A DNA stretch of 64,000 nucleotides, taken from NCBI GenBank assembly GCA_014896255.1, contig JADBKT010000003.1, forward strand, positions 3,660-67,659, in the 5' to 3' direction. This document shows, piece by piece, positions 7,084 through 16,898 of this stretch. This DNA comes from Hydrogenibacillus sp. Its GTDB lineage: Bacteria > Bacillota > Bacilli > Thermicanales > DSM-22653. Positions within the stretch are counted from its first letter, which is position 1. Each line of letters opens with the position of its first letter. The position numbers and the translations under genes were made by a program. The notes beneath the pieces are model-generated. The model worked only from the letters and a program-made list of their open reading frames with translations, did not search any database and had not been told where the DNA came from.

Positions 7084-8199
7084 TTATTGTAACTGCTTAT
7101 ACAATGATTCGTATTGCGACACGCGCGCTTCGGCCGAAAACAGGCGCGCCACGCGCGCCCGCCCGGCGCGTCCCATGCGCGCGCGCAAATCCGGATCGTC
7201 GAGCAGCCGGCGGACATAAGCGCTCATCGCCTCGACATCGCCGACTTCGGCCAAAAAGCCGGTCTCCCCGTCGGCCACGACTTCGGCGAGGCCGCCGGCG
7301 GCGGTGGCCACGACGGGCGCCTCGCAGGCCATCGCTTCCGCCGCCGCCAGTCCGAAGCTTTCCGTTTCGGAAGGCAGGAGGAAAACGTCGGCGATCGAGT
7401 ACAAGGCCGAAACGTCGTCCACCTTGCCGAGAAAAAGGACGTCTTCTTCGACGCCGAGCGCTTGGGCATCCGTCCTGGCACGGGCAAGCTCCGGCCCGTC
7501 GCCGACCATAAGGAGCCGCGCCCGATGCGTACGACGGACGCCCGCAAAGACCTTCACCGCATCCGTCACGCGTTTGATCGGCCTGAAATTGGACACGTGC
7601 AGGAGGAGGGATTCGCCGTTCGGGGCCAGGTGCCGCCGGAGGACGGCGTCCTCCCGCCGCTTGTAGTGATCCAGATCGACAAAGTTATAAATGACCTCGA
7701 TCGGCCGGTCGATGTCGAACGCCCGCCGCGTCTCCTCGGCGAGGCTGTGCGACACGGCGGTGACCGCATCGCTCTTTTCGATCCCCAGGCGGATCGCGGC
7801 GGTGAGCGAGAGATCATAGGCGTGGATGGAGATGTCGGTGCCGTGCAGCGTCACGACGGTGCGCACCGGGCGGCGCGGGCTCATCGCCCGGGCGAGAAAG
7901 GCGCACGCGGCAAAGGGCACGGCGTAATGGACGTGCAACACGTCGAGTGCGTGGTTTTGGATCACGTCGGCCATTTTGCAGGCTAAGGCGACGTCAAACG
8001 GCGGATAGCGAAACACGTCATAGCTCGGGACGTCGACGACATGCACGACGATGTTTTCTTGAAACGCGCTCAGGCGAAACGGCATCCCGTCGGAAATGAT
8101 GTGCACTTCATGCCCGCGCCGGGCGAGCTTCCGGCCGAGTTCGGTGGCGAGCACGCCGGAACCGCCGACCGAGGCGTAGCACGCGATGCCGATGCGCAC
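7084..8199 (-). CDS. bshA: N-acetyl-alpha-D-glucosaminyl L-malate synthase BshA (GT4)
   Basis: GTG start MRIGIACYASVGGSG, LHVHYAVP, TLHGTD, HVSNFRPIKR, ESFGLAAAEAMAC. Confidence 0.93.
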   Translation of the reverse strand: MRIGIACYASVGGSGVLATELGRKLARRGHEVHIISDGMPFRLSAFQENIVVHVVDVPSYDVFRYPPFDVALACKMADVIQNHALDVLHVHYAVPFAACAFLARAMSPRRPVRTVVTLHGTDISIHAYDLSLTAAIRLGIEKSDAVTAVSHSLAEETRRAFDIDRPIEVIYNFVDLDHYKRREDAVLRRHLAPNGESLLLHVSNFRPIKRVTDAVKVFAGVRRTHRARLLMVGDGPELARARTDAQALGVEEDVLFLGKVDDVSALYSIADVFLLPSETESFGLAAAEAMACEAPVVATAAGGLAEVVADGETGFLAEVGDVEAMSAYVRRLLDDPDLRARMGRAGRARVARLFSAEARVSQYESLYKQLQ

Positions 8200-8269
8200 G
8201 ATGTCTTCACTCCCCGAGAACATTTGCGCCTGGGCGGCTCGGCGCCCATAGAGGCGATGGTGCCGCCGC

Positions 8270-9922
8270 TTAGCGCCAATAGACGAGACGGTGCCGTCCG
8301 TCGAGCGGAAGCGGCGCCTCGAGAAACGGCCGGATCCACGCCACGCCATGGCGGTTGACGAAATGAAAAACGTTCAGCACCCGCTCCTGCGTCTTGCCGA
8401 GCGGGGCGAACATCTGGCGGATGCGGGCAAAGCGGCGCAGGGCGCTGTCGAACTGGGTGCGTTTGGCCGCCAGCGCGCGGGATTGCAGAAAATCGACATG
8501 CCCCAAAATTTTGCGCAAGTTTTCTTCTCCCAGCGGGCCAAGCCCCTTTTCCATCGCCCCGACTTCCGCGATGAGCGGCTCGTAGAGCGCGCGAATGTCC
8601 GCTTTGACCGCTTCAAAGCGCGCCTCCAGCGACTGCACGTCGGACTGCGAGCGGAACCAGGCCGCCTGGCACGCCTCGATGTAGCCGGCATCTCCGACCG
8701 CCCTGGCGGCCTCGCAGCCGAAAGCGGCAAGCGCTTTCTCCAGCGCCGGCTCGACGACGGTCGCCTGAAAGCGCGGGACGAGCGGCGGAACGCGCATGGT
8801 CATGAAATGGAACGCCTCGCGCAGTTCCGCCCAGTAGGCGACCTCGCTCGGCCCGAGGACGGCGGCCAGCACCGGGAACAAATATTCTTGCATGAGCGGG
8901 CGGGTCGCGACGTTGGCCGAAAAGCGTTCCGGATGGGCCGCGACGAGCGCCGTCAGGGCCTCGCGGTCGAAGCGCAGGCGCGCACGCCGGTCGAAAAACG
9001 CGCCGTCCTCGCCGTACAATAAGACGCGCTCTCCGCCTTCATGCAAAAAGATATTCGCGCTTTCCGGGGCGATCTCGAGCTGCGGCGCGTAACCGAGCGC
9101 GCGGACGGCCGCCTCCCCGTCCAGAAGCGCCCTCCGGAGGCCTTCCGCCTCTTCGATCAGACGGCGGAACAGGGGCCGCTCGAGGCGGCGCACGTTCGGG
9201 TCGTCGCTGTCGATGAGGACGAGCCCCTCTGAGCCAAGCAGCCAGGCAAAGACCCGCGCGAAGACGTCGACGAGAGTCCTGGACGCGGCGACGATGGACG
9301 AAAGCCGCTCGGCGATCGCCGGTTTGAATTCGCTGTCCGGAAGGGTCTCCAGGAACACGTCGAGCGCCGCGCGGAGGGCGTCTTGCGGGATCTCCAGGCG
9401 GCTTACCGCCGTCCGGCGGTCAGGGTGGGGATGCGGGATGGCGATTTTTTGGATGTCGAGCTCCGGGGTCAGGCTGTAGACGTGGTTCACTTCGTCGAAG
9501 TCGTGATCCTCTCCGGCGATCCAGAAAACGGGAACGACGGGCCGGCCGAGCCGCTCCGCGAGCTTTCGCGCCAGCTGGATGACCGTGAGCGCCTTATAGA
9601 TCACGAACAACGGTCCCGTAAAAAGCCCCGCCTGCTGTCCGCCGACGACGGCCAGCGCCTCGCCGCGCGAAAGCGCCGCGATGTTCGCCAGAGCCGCTTC
9701 GCCGTTTTCGACCTTCCGGTTATAGGCAAAAAGCGCCGCGCCGAGCGCCTCGCGATCGGCGCGCGGGTAATGCGCTTCCATGAGTTCGGCGGCGCGCTTT
9801 TCCCACGTCGCCTCCGCCCACGGATCATGGTCGTAGCGGGCGGAAAAAAGCGCCGCATCGCGCGCGACGTAAGCGGCGTACAGCGGCGGCGACAACTTCA
9901 ACCGACAGTCGACGATGTCCAT
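8270..9922 (-). CDS. bshC: Bacillithiol biosynthesis cysteine-adding enzyme BshC
   Basis: GQQAGLFTGPLFVIYKA, FWIAGEDHDFDE, RPLMQEYLFP, GPSEVAYW, QER. Confidence 0.93.
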   Translation of the reverse strand: MDIVDCRLKLSPPLYAAYVARDAALFSARYDHDPWAEATWEKRAAELMEAHYPRADREALGAALFAYNRKVENGEAALANIAALSRGEALAVVGGQQAGLFTGPLFVIYKALTVIQLARKLAERLGRPVVPVFWIAGEDHDFDEVNHVYSLTPELDIQKIAIPHPHPDRRTAVSRLEIPQDALRAALDVFLETLPDSEFKPAIAERLSSIVAASRTLVDVFARVFAWLLGSEGLVLIDSDDPNVRRLERPLFRRLIEEAEGLRRALLDGEAAVRALGYAPQLEIAPESANIFLHEGGERVLLYGEDGAFFDRRARLRFDREALTALVAAHPERFSANVATRPLMQEYLFPVLAAVLGPSEVAYWAELREAFHFMTMRVPPLVPRFQATVVEPALEKALAAFGCEAARAVGDAGYIEACQAAWFRSQSDVQSLEARFEAVKADIRALYEPLIAEVGAMEKGLGPLGEENLRKILGHVDFLQSRALAAKRTQFDSALRRFARIRQMFAPLGKTQERVLNVFHFVNRHGVAWIRPFLEAPLPLDGRHRLVYWR

Positions 9923-9955
9923 GACCGACTTACCGTCTCCCTCCGGCAATCGATT

Positions 9956-11086
9956 TTAATTCTGCATCACAAAATCCCGCTCGGCGTACTCGCCGTCTTG
10001 AAAGATGCGCAAAATCTCGTATTTTGTGTTTCGCTGCGCCGGAATGCGCCCCGCCTCGCGGATGAGCCGGAGGATCAAATTCGTGTTCACCTTATACGTG
10101 CACGCCGCCGCGGAGACGACGTTTTCCTCCATCATCGTCGAGCCGAAGTCGTTGCAGCCGTAGGAGAGCGACAATTTGCCGACTTCCGGCCCCATCGTCA
10201 CCCACGACGTCTGGAAGTTCGGGATGTTGTCGATCATGAGGCGGGCGATGGCCAGATTTTTGAGATATTCTTCCGGACCGATCTTCTTCGCCGGAAGATG
10301 GGTGTTCTCCGGCTGGAACGTCCAGAGGATGAACGCGAGGTACCCGACCGCGCCGATCGCCCGGGCGCGGTCTTGCGACTCGCGGATGCGGATCATATGT
10401 AAGAGCCGCTCCTCGATCGACTCCCCGAAGCCGATGACCATCGTCGCCGTCGTGGAAAACCCGACGCGGTGCGCCGTCTCCATGATGTCGATCCATTCTT
10501 TCCACGAGCCTTTGAGGCGGCTGATCTTCATCCGCGTCCGGTCGTCGAGGATCTCCGCGCCGGCGCCGGGGAGCGAATCGAGCCCCGCCGCCTTGAGTTC
10601 ACGGAGCACCTCCTCGATCGAAAGGCCGGAGACGACGCTCATCTTCTTGATCTCCGCCGTGGAGAAGGAATGCATGTGAATGTTCGGAAAGCGCGCCTTG
10701 ATCTTGCGCAGCAGGTCGAGATAATACGAAAACGAAAGATGCGGATGCGTCCCGCCCTGCATGAGGATTTCCGTGCCGCCGACGTCGACCGTCTCTTGAA
10801 TTTTTTGCAAGATCGCGTCGTCGTCCAGCACGTATGCTTCCGGATGGCCCGCCGGGCGGTAAAACGCGCAAAAGCGGCAATACGTGTCGCAGACGTTCGA
10901 ATAGTTGATGTTCCGCCCGATGACGAACGTCGTGATCGGAAATTCCGGGTGGAACGAGCGCATCTTCTCATGCGCCGCGGCGCCGATCTTTTCGACCGCG
11001 TCCGAGGCGTACAGCTCAAATCCGTCTTCGATCGAAAGGCGCCCGCCGCGCCGGGCGCGCTCGAGAATCGCATCGATCTTGGCCAA
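9956..11086 (-). CDS. mqnC: Cyclic dehypoxanthine futalosine synthase MqnC (radical SAM, menaquinone futalosine pathway)
   Basis: NINYSNVCDTYCRFCAF (CxxxCxxC), MQGG, PGAGAEIL, GCNDFGSTMMEENVV. TTG start at 11086 after a GGGGGAG RBS. Confidence 0.85.
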   Translation of the reverse strand: MAKIDAILERARRGGRLSIEDGFELYASDAVEKIGAAAHEKMRSFHPEFPITTFVIGRNINYSNVCDTYCRFCAFYRPAGHPEAYVLDDDAILQKIQETVDVGGTEILMQGGTHPHLSFSYYLDLLRKIKARFPNIHMHSFSTAEIKKMSVVSGLSIEEVLRELKAAGLDSLPGAGAEILDDRTRMKISRLKGSWKEWIDIMETAHRVGFSTTATMVIGFGESIEERLLHMIRIRESQDRARAIGAVGYLAFILWTFQPENTHLPAKKIGPEEYLKNLAIARLMIDNIPNFQTSWVTMGPEVGKLSLSYGCNDFGSTMMEENVVSAAACTYKVNTNLILRLIREAGRIPAQRNTKYEILRIFQDGEYAERDFVMQN

Positions 11087-11170
11087 CGTATCTCCCCCGT
11101 TCCGTCCACCGCGTCTACATCCGGACCGCCGAGCCTCTTCAGGCGCCGAGCAAGCGCTCCGCCTGAGCCC

Positions 11171-11199
11171 ATTGTAACACAAGGCGGAAGACGTTCCAA
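11171..11199 (-). promoter_or_regulatory. sigmaA-type promoter of mqnC-bshC-bshA
   Basis: TTGGAA, 17 nt spacer, TG-T-TACAAT (extended -10). It overlaps the GTG used by the ORF track, which supports the later start. Confidence 0.55.
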
Positions 11200-11262
11200 A
11201 GCATACCGCCGAAGGCCGCCTACGCTTACGGAGCCCCGCCGTCGGATCCGCGCGATCGCTCC

Positions 11263-12207
11263 CTACCGGACCGCGTTTCTCCGCCGATTCGGCCCCCCCA
11301 GGAAGATCACATCGCTTGACGCACGGATGCGCTCGACGATGCGGTGCGCCTTCAGTTCGTCGATGCCGCCCCGCGCCGTCTCGCTGTACAGGTCGGTGAG
11401 GTCGTCCGGCGACAGGTTCGAGGTAAACAGCGTCGGGCGGCCGTTTTGAGAACGGGCGCTGAGCAGCGGGAGCAGCACCTCATCCCGCGCCCAGGGCGTG
11501 AGCTGCTCGGCGCCGACGTCGTCCAGGATGAGCACGTCGACCGATTCCAGCTCGCGCATTTTGTCCAAAAACAGGCCGTCTTCAAAGCCCATGCGCAGCT
11601 CGCGAAAAAGTGCCGGCATGTGCACGTACAGGACGGATACGCCGAATTCGACGAGATGATTGGCGACCGCCCCCATCAAATAGCTCTTGCCGACGCCGAA
11701 CGGCCCATAGACGTACAATCCCCGCACGGAGGCATTTCGGCCGTGAATGAAACGTTCGACGAACGCTTGGGCGGCCTCGATCGCCTTGGCGTTGTGCGCA
11801 TCGCGCTTAAGGTCCGCAAAACGCACGCGGGAGAGCTCCACAGGGATGGCGATCGTTTTGAACAGTTTTTTTCGACGCGCTTCGGCCTGCGCCTGCCGTT
11901 CATACGCGCACGGCGCGTAATCGAAGGTGATGTGCCCGCCCGCCGCGCGCCGCGGAACCGGTACATGCCCGCGAAAGGCGTGCGTGCACGCCGAAAGCCC
12001 CGGGCAACGCTCACAGGCGGCCGTTTCCTCCAAGTAGCGAAGGACCGCGACGCGCGAACGATCGATCGCCGCTTCATCGACCTCAAGTTCGCGCATGAGC
12101 GTCTGAACGCGCGGGTCGGCATGCAGCCGCTTCGCCGTCTCCCGCCGTGACGGGTCGTCCGCGGCCAGGCCGAGCTCGAACAATGCCGATCGGAGCGGTT
12201 TAAACAT
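11263..12207 (-). CDS. dnaI: Primosomal helicase loader DnaI
   Basis: N-terminal Zn ligands (CERC..C..H), Walker A GPFGVGKS, LILDDVGAE, TSNL. Confidence 0.92.
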   Translation of the reverse strand: MFKPLRSALFELGLAADDPSRRETAKRLHADPRVQTLMRELEVDEAAIDRSRVAVLRYLEETAACERCPGLSACTHAFRGHVPVPRRAAGGHITFDYAPCAYERQAQAEARRKKLFKTIAIPVELSRVRFADLKRDAHNAKAIEAAQAFVERFIHGRNASVRGLYVYGPFGVGKSYLMGAVANHLVEFGVSVLYVHMPALFRELRMGFEDGLFLDKMRELESVDVLILDDVGAEQLTPWARDEVLLPLLSARSQNGRPTLFTSNLSPDDLTDLYSETARGGIDELKAHRIVERIRASSDVIFLGGPNRRRNAVR

Positions 12208-13690
12208 CGTCCGTCACCTCCGCCCGGGATCCGGTCTCCAGGGCACGCTCCGCCTCCAGTTGGGCGAGGATGTAGCTCGGGAGCCGTCGGTGCGGTTTGG
12301 CGCGACGCGGCGCTTCAGCCGACGCGGCATCCGCCGTTTCGGCGTTCCGAGCCCCCGTGCCCTTTTGCCGCCGTGCGGCATGTCTGAGGTATTCCCGACG
12401 GGCATAGGCGAGCGCTTCTTCCGCCGTCCGAAAGCCCTTGCGTTTCCAGCTCGCGGCGATCTTTTCGGTAAAGGCGCGCGGAAATTTGTGATCTTGGACG
12501 AGGAGGACATAATCGATGAGCACGTTCACCACTTCCGACGGCAAGCCGATGTCTTCCAAAACCGTCTTGACGAGCCGTTCGTCCGCCGGACTGAGCTCCC
12601 CGCCTCCCTGGTAATTGCGCAAAAGTTCATACGGCGAGACCGACTTGAGGTAAATGAGGTGCTGTTCAAAACGCTTCCGGCCGTCTTCGGCATCGGCCCT
12701 CTCCCGTCCGCGGGTGCCGCCGGGGGCGGGATCCTGCTCCGGAGGAGCGGCGGCTTGCGCCTGCGAATCGTCCGGGTCGAACGACGCCGGCCGTCCTCCG
12801 CCGATCGGTTGCCTCTCGCCGGAAAGCGATCGTCCGCGCACCTTTTGCCAGATCGCGGCAAGCGTCCGAAAACGATCCGCGTCGATCGTTCCGGTCGACG
12901 GATCATACGCATCCCGGACGAGATACAACAGTTGCTCGATGTCCAGTCCATAGCGGGATTGCCATTCTTGAAGCGTCCGGATGAACGCCTCATCGAATAC
13001 CGGCGGGCGCGCGACGTCGGTGAAGCGCGCCCGAAGCCGGAGGGGGTCGAGCGGCTCGGCCCCGGCTTGAAGCGAGATCTTGACCGGATGGACGGCTTCT
13101 CCTCCCGGCGAGCGGCCGAACCGTCTCAGGCGCGCGTTCGCCGTCTCCACCGCCCGTCGCGCAAGCGGATAGGCCGGTGAAGCAGGCGTGACGATGAGCT
13201 CGGTCGGCGCCACTTCGCGAAAGGCCTCGGAAAAGGCGGCCGTCACCTCTTCTCCGGTCAAAACGGCCTCGTCGTCGAGCAGGCGATAACGCCGAAGCAG
13301 CCGTTCATACGCCGTCTGACCGATCCGTCCCAGCAAGAGCGCGACGAGCACTTCGCTCTCAACAAAACGTTCCGGAACGAGCGGCGGTAGAGCTTGCAGC
13401 GCATAACGGCGCATACGGCGGTCGAAAAACGTCCGAAGCAGGCCGACGCCCTCAAGCCGTCGGCGGGCATCGAGAAACGCCGCGGACTCTCGCGCATCCC
13501 AACCGAGACGGAGGAAAAACGAGCGCTCCGACTCCGGCGCTCCGCCGAGGCGGCTGTCGATGAGCGCGATGTAGAGGGCGTAAGCGCTCCGGCCGATGAT
13601 CGGCAAATACCAATCGGCGAGCGCCGCGCGCTCCGCCGCCGAAAGCTCGGGCGACGATTCCACGGTGTACTCGATCTCCGGCGTCGGCAT
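12200..13690 (-). CDS. dnaB: Replication initiation / helicase loading protein DnaB (Bacillus type, DnaD-like domains)
   Basis: YLPIIGRSAYALY, RRRLEGVGLL, VVNVLIDYVLL, IAASWKRKG. Directly upstream of dnaI with overlap. Confidence 0.85.
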   Translation of the reverse strand: MPTPEIEYTVESSPELSAAERAALADWYLPIIGRSAYALYIALIDSRLGGAPESERSFFLRLGWDARESAAFLDARRRLEGVGLLRTFFDRRMRRYALQALPPLVPERFVESEVLVALLLGRIGQTAYERLLRRYRLLDDEAVLTGEEVTAAFSEAFREVAPTELIVTPASPAYPLARRAVETANARLRRFGRSPGGEAVHPVKISLQAGAEPLDPLRLRARFTDVARPPVFDEAFIRTLQEWQSRYGLDIEQLLYLVRDAYDPSTGTIDADRFRTLAAIWQKVRGRSLSGERQPIGGGRPASFDPDDSQAQAAAPPEQDPAPGGTRGRERADAEDGRKRFEQHLIYLKSVSPYELLRNYQGGGELSPADERLVKTVLEDIGLPSEVVNVLIDYVLLVQDHKFPRAFTEKIAASWKRKGFRTAEEALAYARREYLRHAARRQKGTGARNAETADAASAEAPRRAKPHRRLPSYILAQLEAERALETGSRAEVTDDV

Positions 13691-13734
13691 CCTCTCTTCC
13701 CCCCTGGTCCGCGTCACGCTTCAGCATAAAGCGG

Positions 13735-15426
13735 TCACGGCGCCGCTTTCCACCACTGTTCGGCATTCAACCGCTCGCCCAAACGGACCATCTCAACGCC
13801 GTGCATCCCCGGCGCGACGGCGACATATGCCTCCGGACGAAGGAGCGGGATGAGCGGGGCCGCTTCGGCGACGGAGCGAAACGCTTCGCGAAGCGCCGGC
13901 GCATCGATTTCCCCCGGTATCGCCTCATAGGCAGCCTTGAGCGCCCGGTCGACGGCATCGTCCGCATAGTGCATGACGTTCAATCCCAATCGGGCGATCG
14001 TATGCGCCTTCCCCAGATAACGCCACCACTCGCCCGGTTCCGAGACATCCGCGAGCGGCCAGAGAAAAAGCGGCGCACCGTGACCGCTCATCGTCTCGGC
14101 GTAAAACGCCTCGTGCGGGAGAGGCTTTTCGCTCACCGCGTAGCCCGACGTCCCAAGCACGTCAGCAAGCGCCGGCGCCAAAAGCGCGGCGTACGGTTGA
14201 TCACGATCATACGCCAGATCGCCGAGCGCCAGTCGGGAGTCGGCCCCTTTCGGCGCATTTGCCCCGTCCGACTGCTCCATGAGCGCGTGTCCGGGCGGAA
14301 AATAGCCGGTCTCCGGACGCGCCGCGAACTCCCCGGCTTCGATCGCCGCGACCAGCGGCCGCCGATCGATCGTCGCCAACTTCCGCCGAACGTCGTCCGG
14401 AATGCGCGTCACGTCGGCGGCGAGATACAGCGCGTACGGAAGCGGGACGCGCATCAACCGAAAATCGTTCGGAAGCGCCGGTTTTTTCAACGAAATGACG
14501 ACATCGTAAGCCGCCACAGGCGCCTCGTGCCCGGCATGTCCGTCGTCAGGGCCGAGCGTCCCGAAGGTGAATTCCAGCGCGTCGGCGTACGCCGCATCCC
14601 CGGCTTTCGTCGATGCCCGCTCCAGCTCCAGCCGGCCTTCCGCGGCCACGACGACGCGGTAGGCGCCGCTTACGGGCACCTCGCCGGCGCGGATCCGCTC
14701 GGCCAATGCCTCGACATCGGCGCGCCGCGCGATCTTTGGGACAGCGGCGTGAGGGAACAGGGGCGCGGTCAACGCGCGGAAAAAGAGCGCCGTCGGGTGC
14801 GTCGCGCGAAGGACAATCCAGTCGCCGTCGGTCACAACGCCGAGCACGTCTTCTCCTTTTCCGCTGCGGTAGGCCGAAGCGCCGTCCAGGGCCGACAAAT
14901 GATCGCGGAATACCCCGGTATAAAACGGGCTCAAATAGAGCGCCAACGTCCGCCTGACGTCCAGATCGGTGATCGGTTGCCCGTCGCTCCAACGCGCCCC
15001 ATCAAGACGGAAGCGAACGGTGACCGCCCCGTCTGCACCGCGCTCGACGCGGACGTCTTGGGCGAGATCGCCGACCCACCGCCCGCGTTCATCGTATCGA
15101 AACAAACCCCGATAGGCGAGCGCCCAGTAGGGCGACGGGCGCACCGCCTTCGCGCTGAGCCCCAGCGGATCCGCCTCGATGGGCTCGGCCGTAAGCACGC
15201 GGATCACCCCGCCGCGCACCGGGACGGCCGATTCCGATGCTGGCCTCCCGTCCTGCGCGAAGCGATCCGCCTCCCCGCTCGATCGGGCCTCCGGGTTCCA
15301 CAGACAGCCGCCGAGCATGACCATCGACAGCAAAAAGAGCGCGGCGGCCGCTCCCCTACGCCACCGCGAACCCGCCTGAGCGCCGCGCCTCTCTATCCGC
15401 TTCCCCTGTATCCGCATCTTCGGCAT
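13735..15426 (-). CDS. ABC transporter substrate-binding lipoprotein, family 5-like (orphan)
   Basis: Lipobox MLGG|C after a hydrophobic stretch. YRGLF, GDLA, RWSDGQPITDLDV resemble SBP family 5. Start is uncertain (15426, or 15516 overlapping the nrdR stop). Confidence 0.7.
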   Translation of the reverse strand: MPKMRIQGKRIERRGAQAGSRWRRGAAAALFLLSMVMLGGCLWNPEARSSGEADRFAQDGRPASESAVPVRGGVIRVLTAEPIEADPLGLSAKAVRPSPYWALAYRGLFRYDERGRWVGDLAQDVRVERGADGAVTVRFRLDGARWSDGQPITDLDVRRTLALYLSPFYTGVFRDHLSALDGASAYRSGKGEDVLGVVTDGDWIVLRATHPTALFFRALTAPLFPHAAVPKIARRADVEALAERIRAGEVPVSGAYRVVVAAEGRLELERASTKAGDAAYADALEFTFGTLGPDDGHAGHEAPVAAYDVVISLKKPALPNDFRLMRVPLPYALYLAADVTRIPDDVRRKLATIDRRPLVAAIEAGEFAARPETGYFPPGHALMEQSDGANAPKGADSRLALGDLAYDRDQPYAALLAPALADVLGTSGYAVSEKPLPHEAFYAETMSGHGAPLFLWPLADVSEPGEWWRYLGKAHTIARLGLNVMHYADDAVDRALKAAYEAIPGEIDAPALREAFRSVAEAAPLIPLLRPEAYVAVAPGMHGVEMVRLGERLNAEQWWKAAP

Positions 15427-15515
15427 GTGCGCCTCGGCCACCTTCGTCCCGCTCGTCTTCGGCCGGCGCCGCGTCGTTTCCCGCCTCATCGTTCGCCGCA
15501 TGCGCATGATCCGCA

Positions 15516-15992
15516 TTACGTGCCGCGGTCGGCTTCAAGGCGCAACCCTTCGAGGCGCCGGAGTTCTTGCAAAAACCCGTTCACGTCGTCAAACTCACGA
15601 TAAACGCTGGCAAAGCGCACATACGCCACCTGATCGACGTCGATCAAGCGCCGGAGCACCGCCTCGCCGATCTGCGTGCTCGTGATTTCCCGGAGCCCCG
15701 CGCCGCGGGCCTCGCGTTCGATGTCCTCGGCGATGGCCTGCATCGTCTCCAGGCTCACCGGACGCTTTTCACAGGCGCGCATCAGCCCTCGGACGATTTT
15801 ATCCGATTGGAACGGTTCTCGTGTACCGCTCTTTTTGATCACCACGAGCGGCGCCATTTCGACCGTTTCAAACGTCGTAAACCGCTCTTGGCACCGCGTG
15901 CATTCCCGCCGGCGGCGGATCGCCCGGCCGTCTTGCGCCTGGCGGCTTTCCAAAACCCGCGTGTCGTCGTTGCCGCAATACGGGCAACGCAT
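15516..15992 (-). CDS. nrdR: Transcriptional repressor NrdR
   Basis: MRCPYC...RRRRECTRCQERFTTFE, ATP-cone, VAYVRFASVY. Confidence 0.97.
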   Translation of the reverse strand: MRCPYCGNDDTRVLESRQAQDGRAIRRRRECTRCQERFTTFETVEMAPLVVIKKSGTREPFQSDKIVRGLMRACEKRPVSLETMQAIAEDIEREARGAGLREITSTQIGEAVLRRLIDVDQVAYVRFASVYREFDDVNGFLQELRRLEGLRLEADRGT

Positions 15993-16019
15993 CGCCTTCG
16001 CTCCTTTGCCTTTTCGTCC

Positions 16020-16028
16020 ATTATAGCA
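16020..16028 (-). promoter_or_regulatory. Extended -10 promoter of nrdR
   Basis: TG-C-TATAAT about 28 nt upstream of the nrdR ATG. Confidence 0.6.
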
Positions 16029-16044
16029 CAGGCGAAAACGGTCG

Positions 16045-16076
16045 AAAAAAGAAAAACCGTCGGGTGTCGCCCGACG
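16045..16076 (-). terminator. Intrinsic terminator after pstB
   Basis: Hairpin CGTCGGG-CGACA-CCCGACG followed by GTTTTTCTTTTTT. Confidence 0.8.
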
Positions 16077-16094
16077 TCGAACCCCCGCCGTCGC

Positions 16095-16871
16095 TCACCC
16101 AAAGCGGCCGGAGATGTAGTCTTCGGTTTCTTTGCGCTTTGGCCGTTGGAACAACTCCGCCGTCGGCGCGTGCTCGATGAGCCGACCGTTCAAGAAAAAC
16201 GCCGTATCGTCCGAAATACGCGCCGCTTGCTGCATGTTGTGCGTGACGATGACGACCGTGTATGCGTTCCTCAGCTCATCGATCAAATCTTCAATGCGTG
16301 TCGTTGACGACGGGTCGAGGGCGCTCGTCGGCTCGTCCATCAAAATGATCTCCGGATCGACGGCCAGCACCCGGGCGATGACGAGCCGCTGCTGCTGTCC
16401 TCCGGAAAGCGCCAGCGCCGAAGCGTTCAGGCGGTCTTTGACCTCGTCCCACAGCGCCGCCGCCTTGAGGCTCCGTTCGACGATTTCGTCCAGCCGCGCC
16501 CGATCGCGAATGCCGTGAATGCGCGGGCCGTAGGCGACGTTGTCGTAAATGCTCAAGGGAAACGGATTCGGGCGCTGGAAGACCATGCCGATCTTTTTGC
16601 GCACCTTAACGACGTCAACGTTCGGCGCGTAGATGTTCCGGCCGTGCCAAAGCACTTCGCCTTCGACACGCGCGCCGTCGACCAAGTCGTTCATGCGGTT
16701 CAACGTCCATAAAAACGTCGACTTGCCGCTTCCGGACGGGCCGATGAGGGCCAATACACCTCCGGTCGGCACGTCCAACGTGATGTCGAACAAGGCCTGC
16801 TTTTTCCCATAAAAAAAGTTCAGTCCGCGCACCGAAAGTGCAGGCGTTCCTTGCGGTACCGCTTGAGGCAA
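16095..16871 (-). CDS. pstB: Phosphate ABC transporter ATP-binding protein PstB (second copy)
   Basis: [46 protein letters not shown]. Confidence 0.95.
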   Translation of the reverse strand: MPQAVPQGTPALSVRGLNFFYGKKQALFDITLDVPTGGVLALIGPSGSGKSTFLWTLNRMNDLVDGARVEGEVLWHGRNIYAPNVDVVKVRKKIGMVFQRPNPFPLSIYDNVAYGPRIHGIRDRARLDEIVERSLKAAALWDEVKDRLNASALALSGGQQQRLVIARVLAVDPEIILMDEPTSALDPSSTTRIEDLIDELRNAYTVVIVTHNMQQAARISDDTAFFLNGRLIEHAPTAELFQRPKRKETEDYISGRFG

Positions 16872-16898
16872 CGCGATCCCTCGCCTTAACGAGCAATA

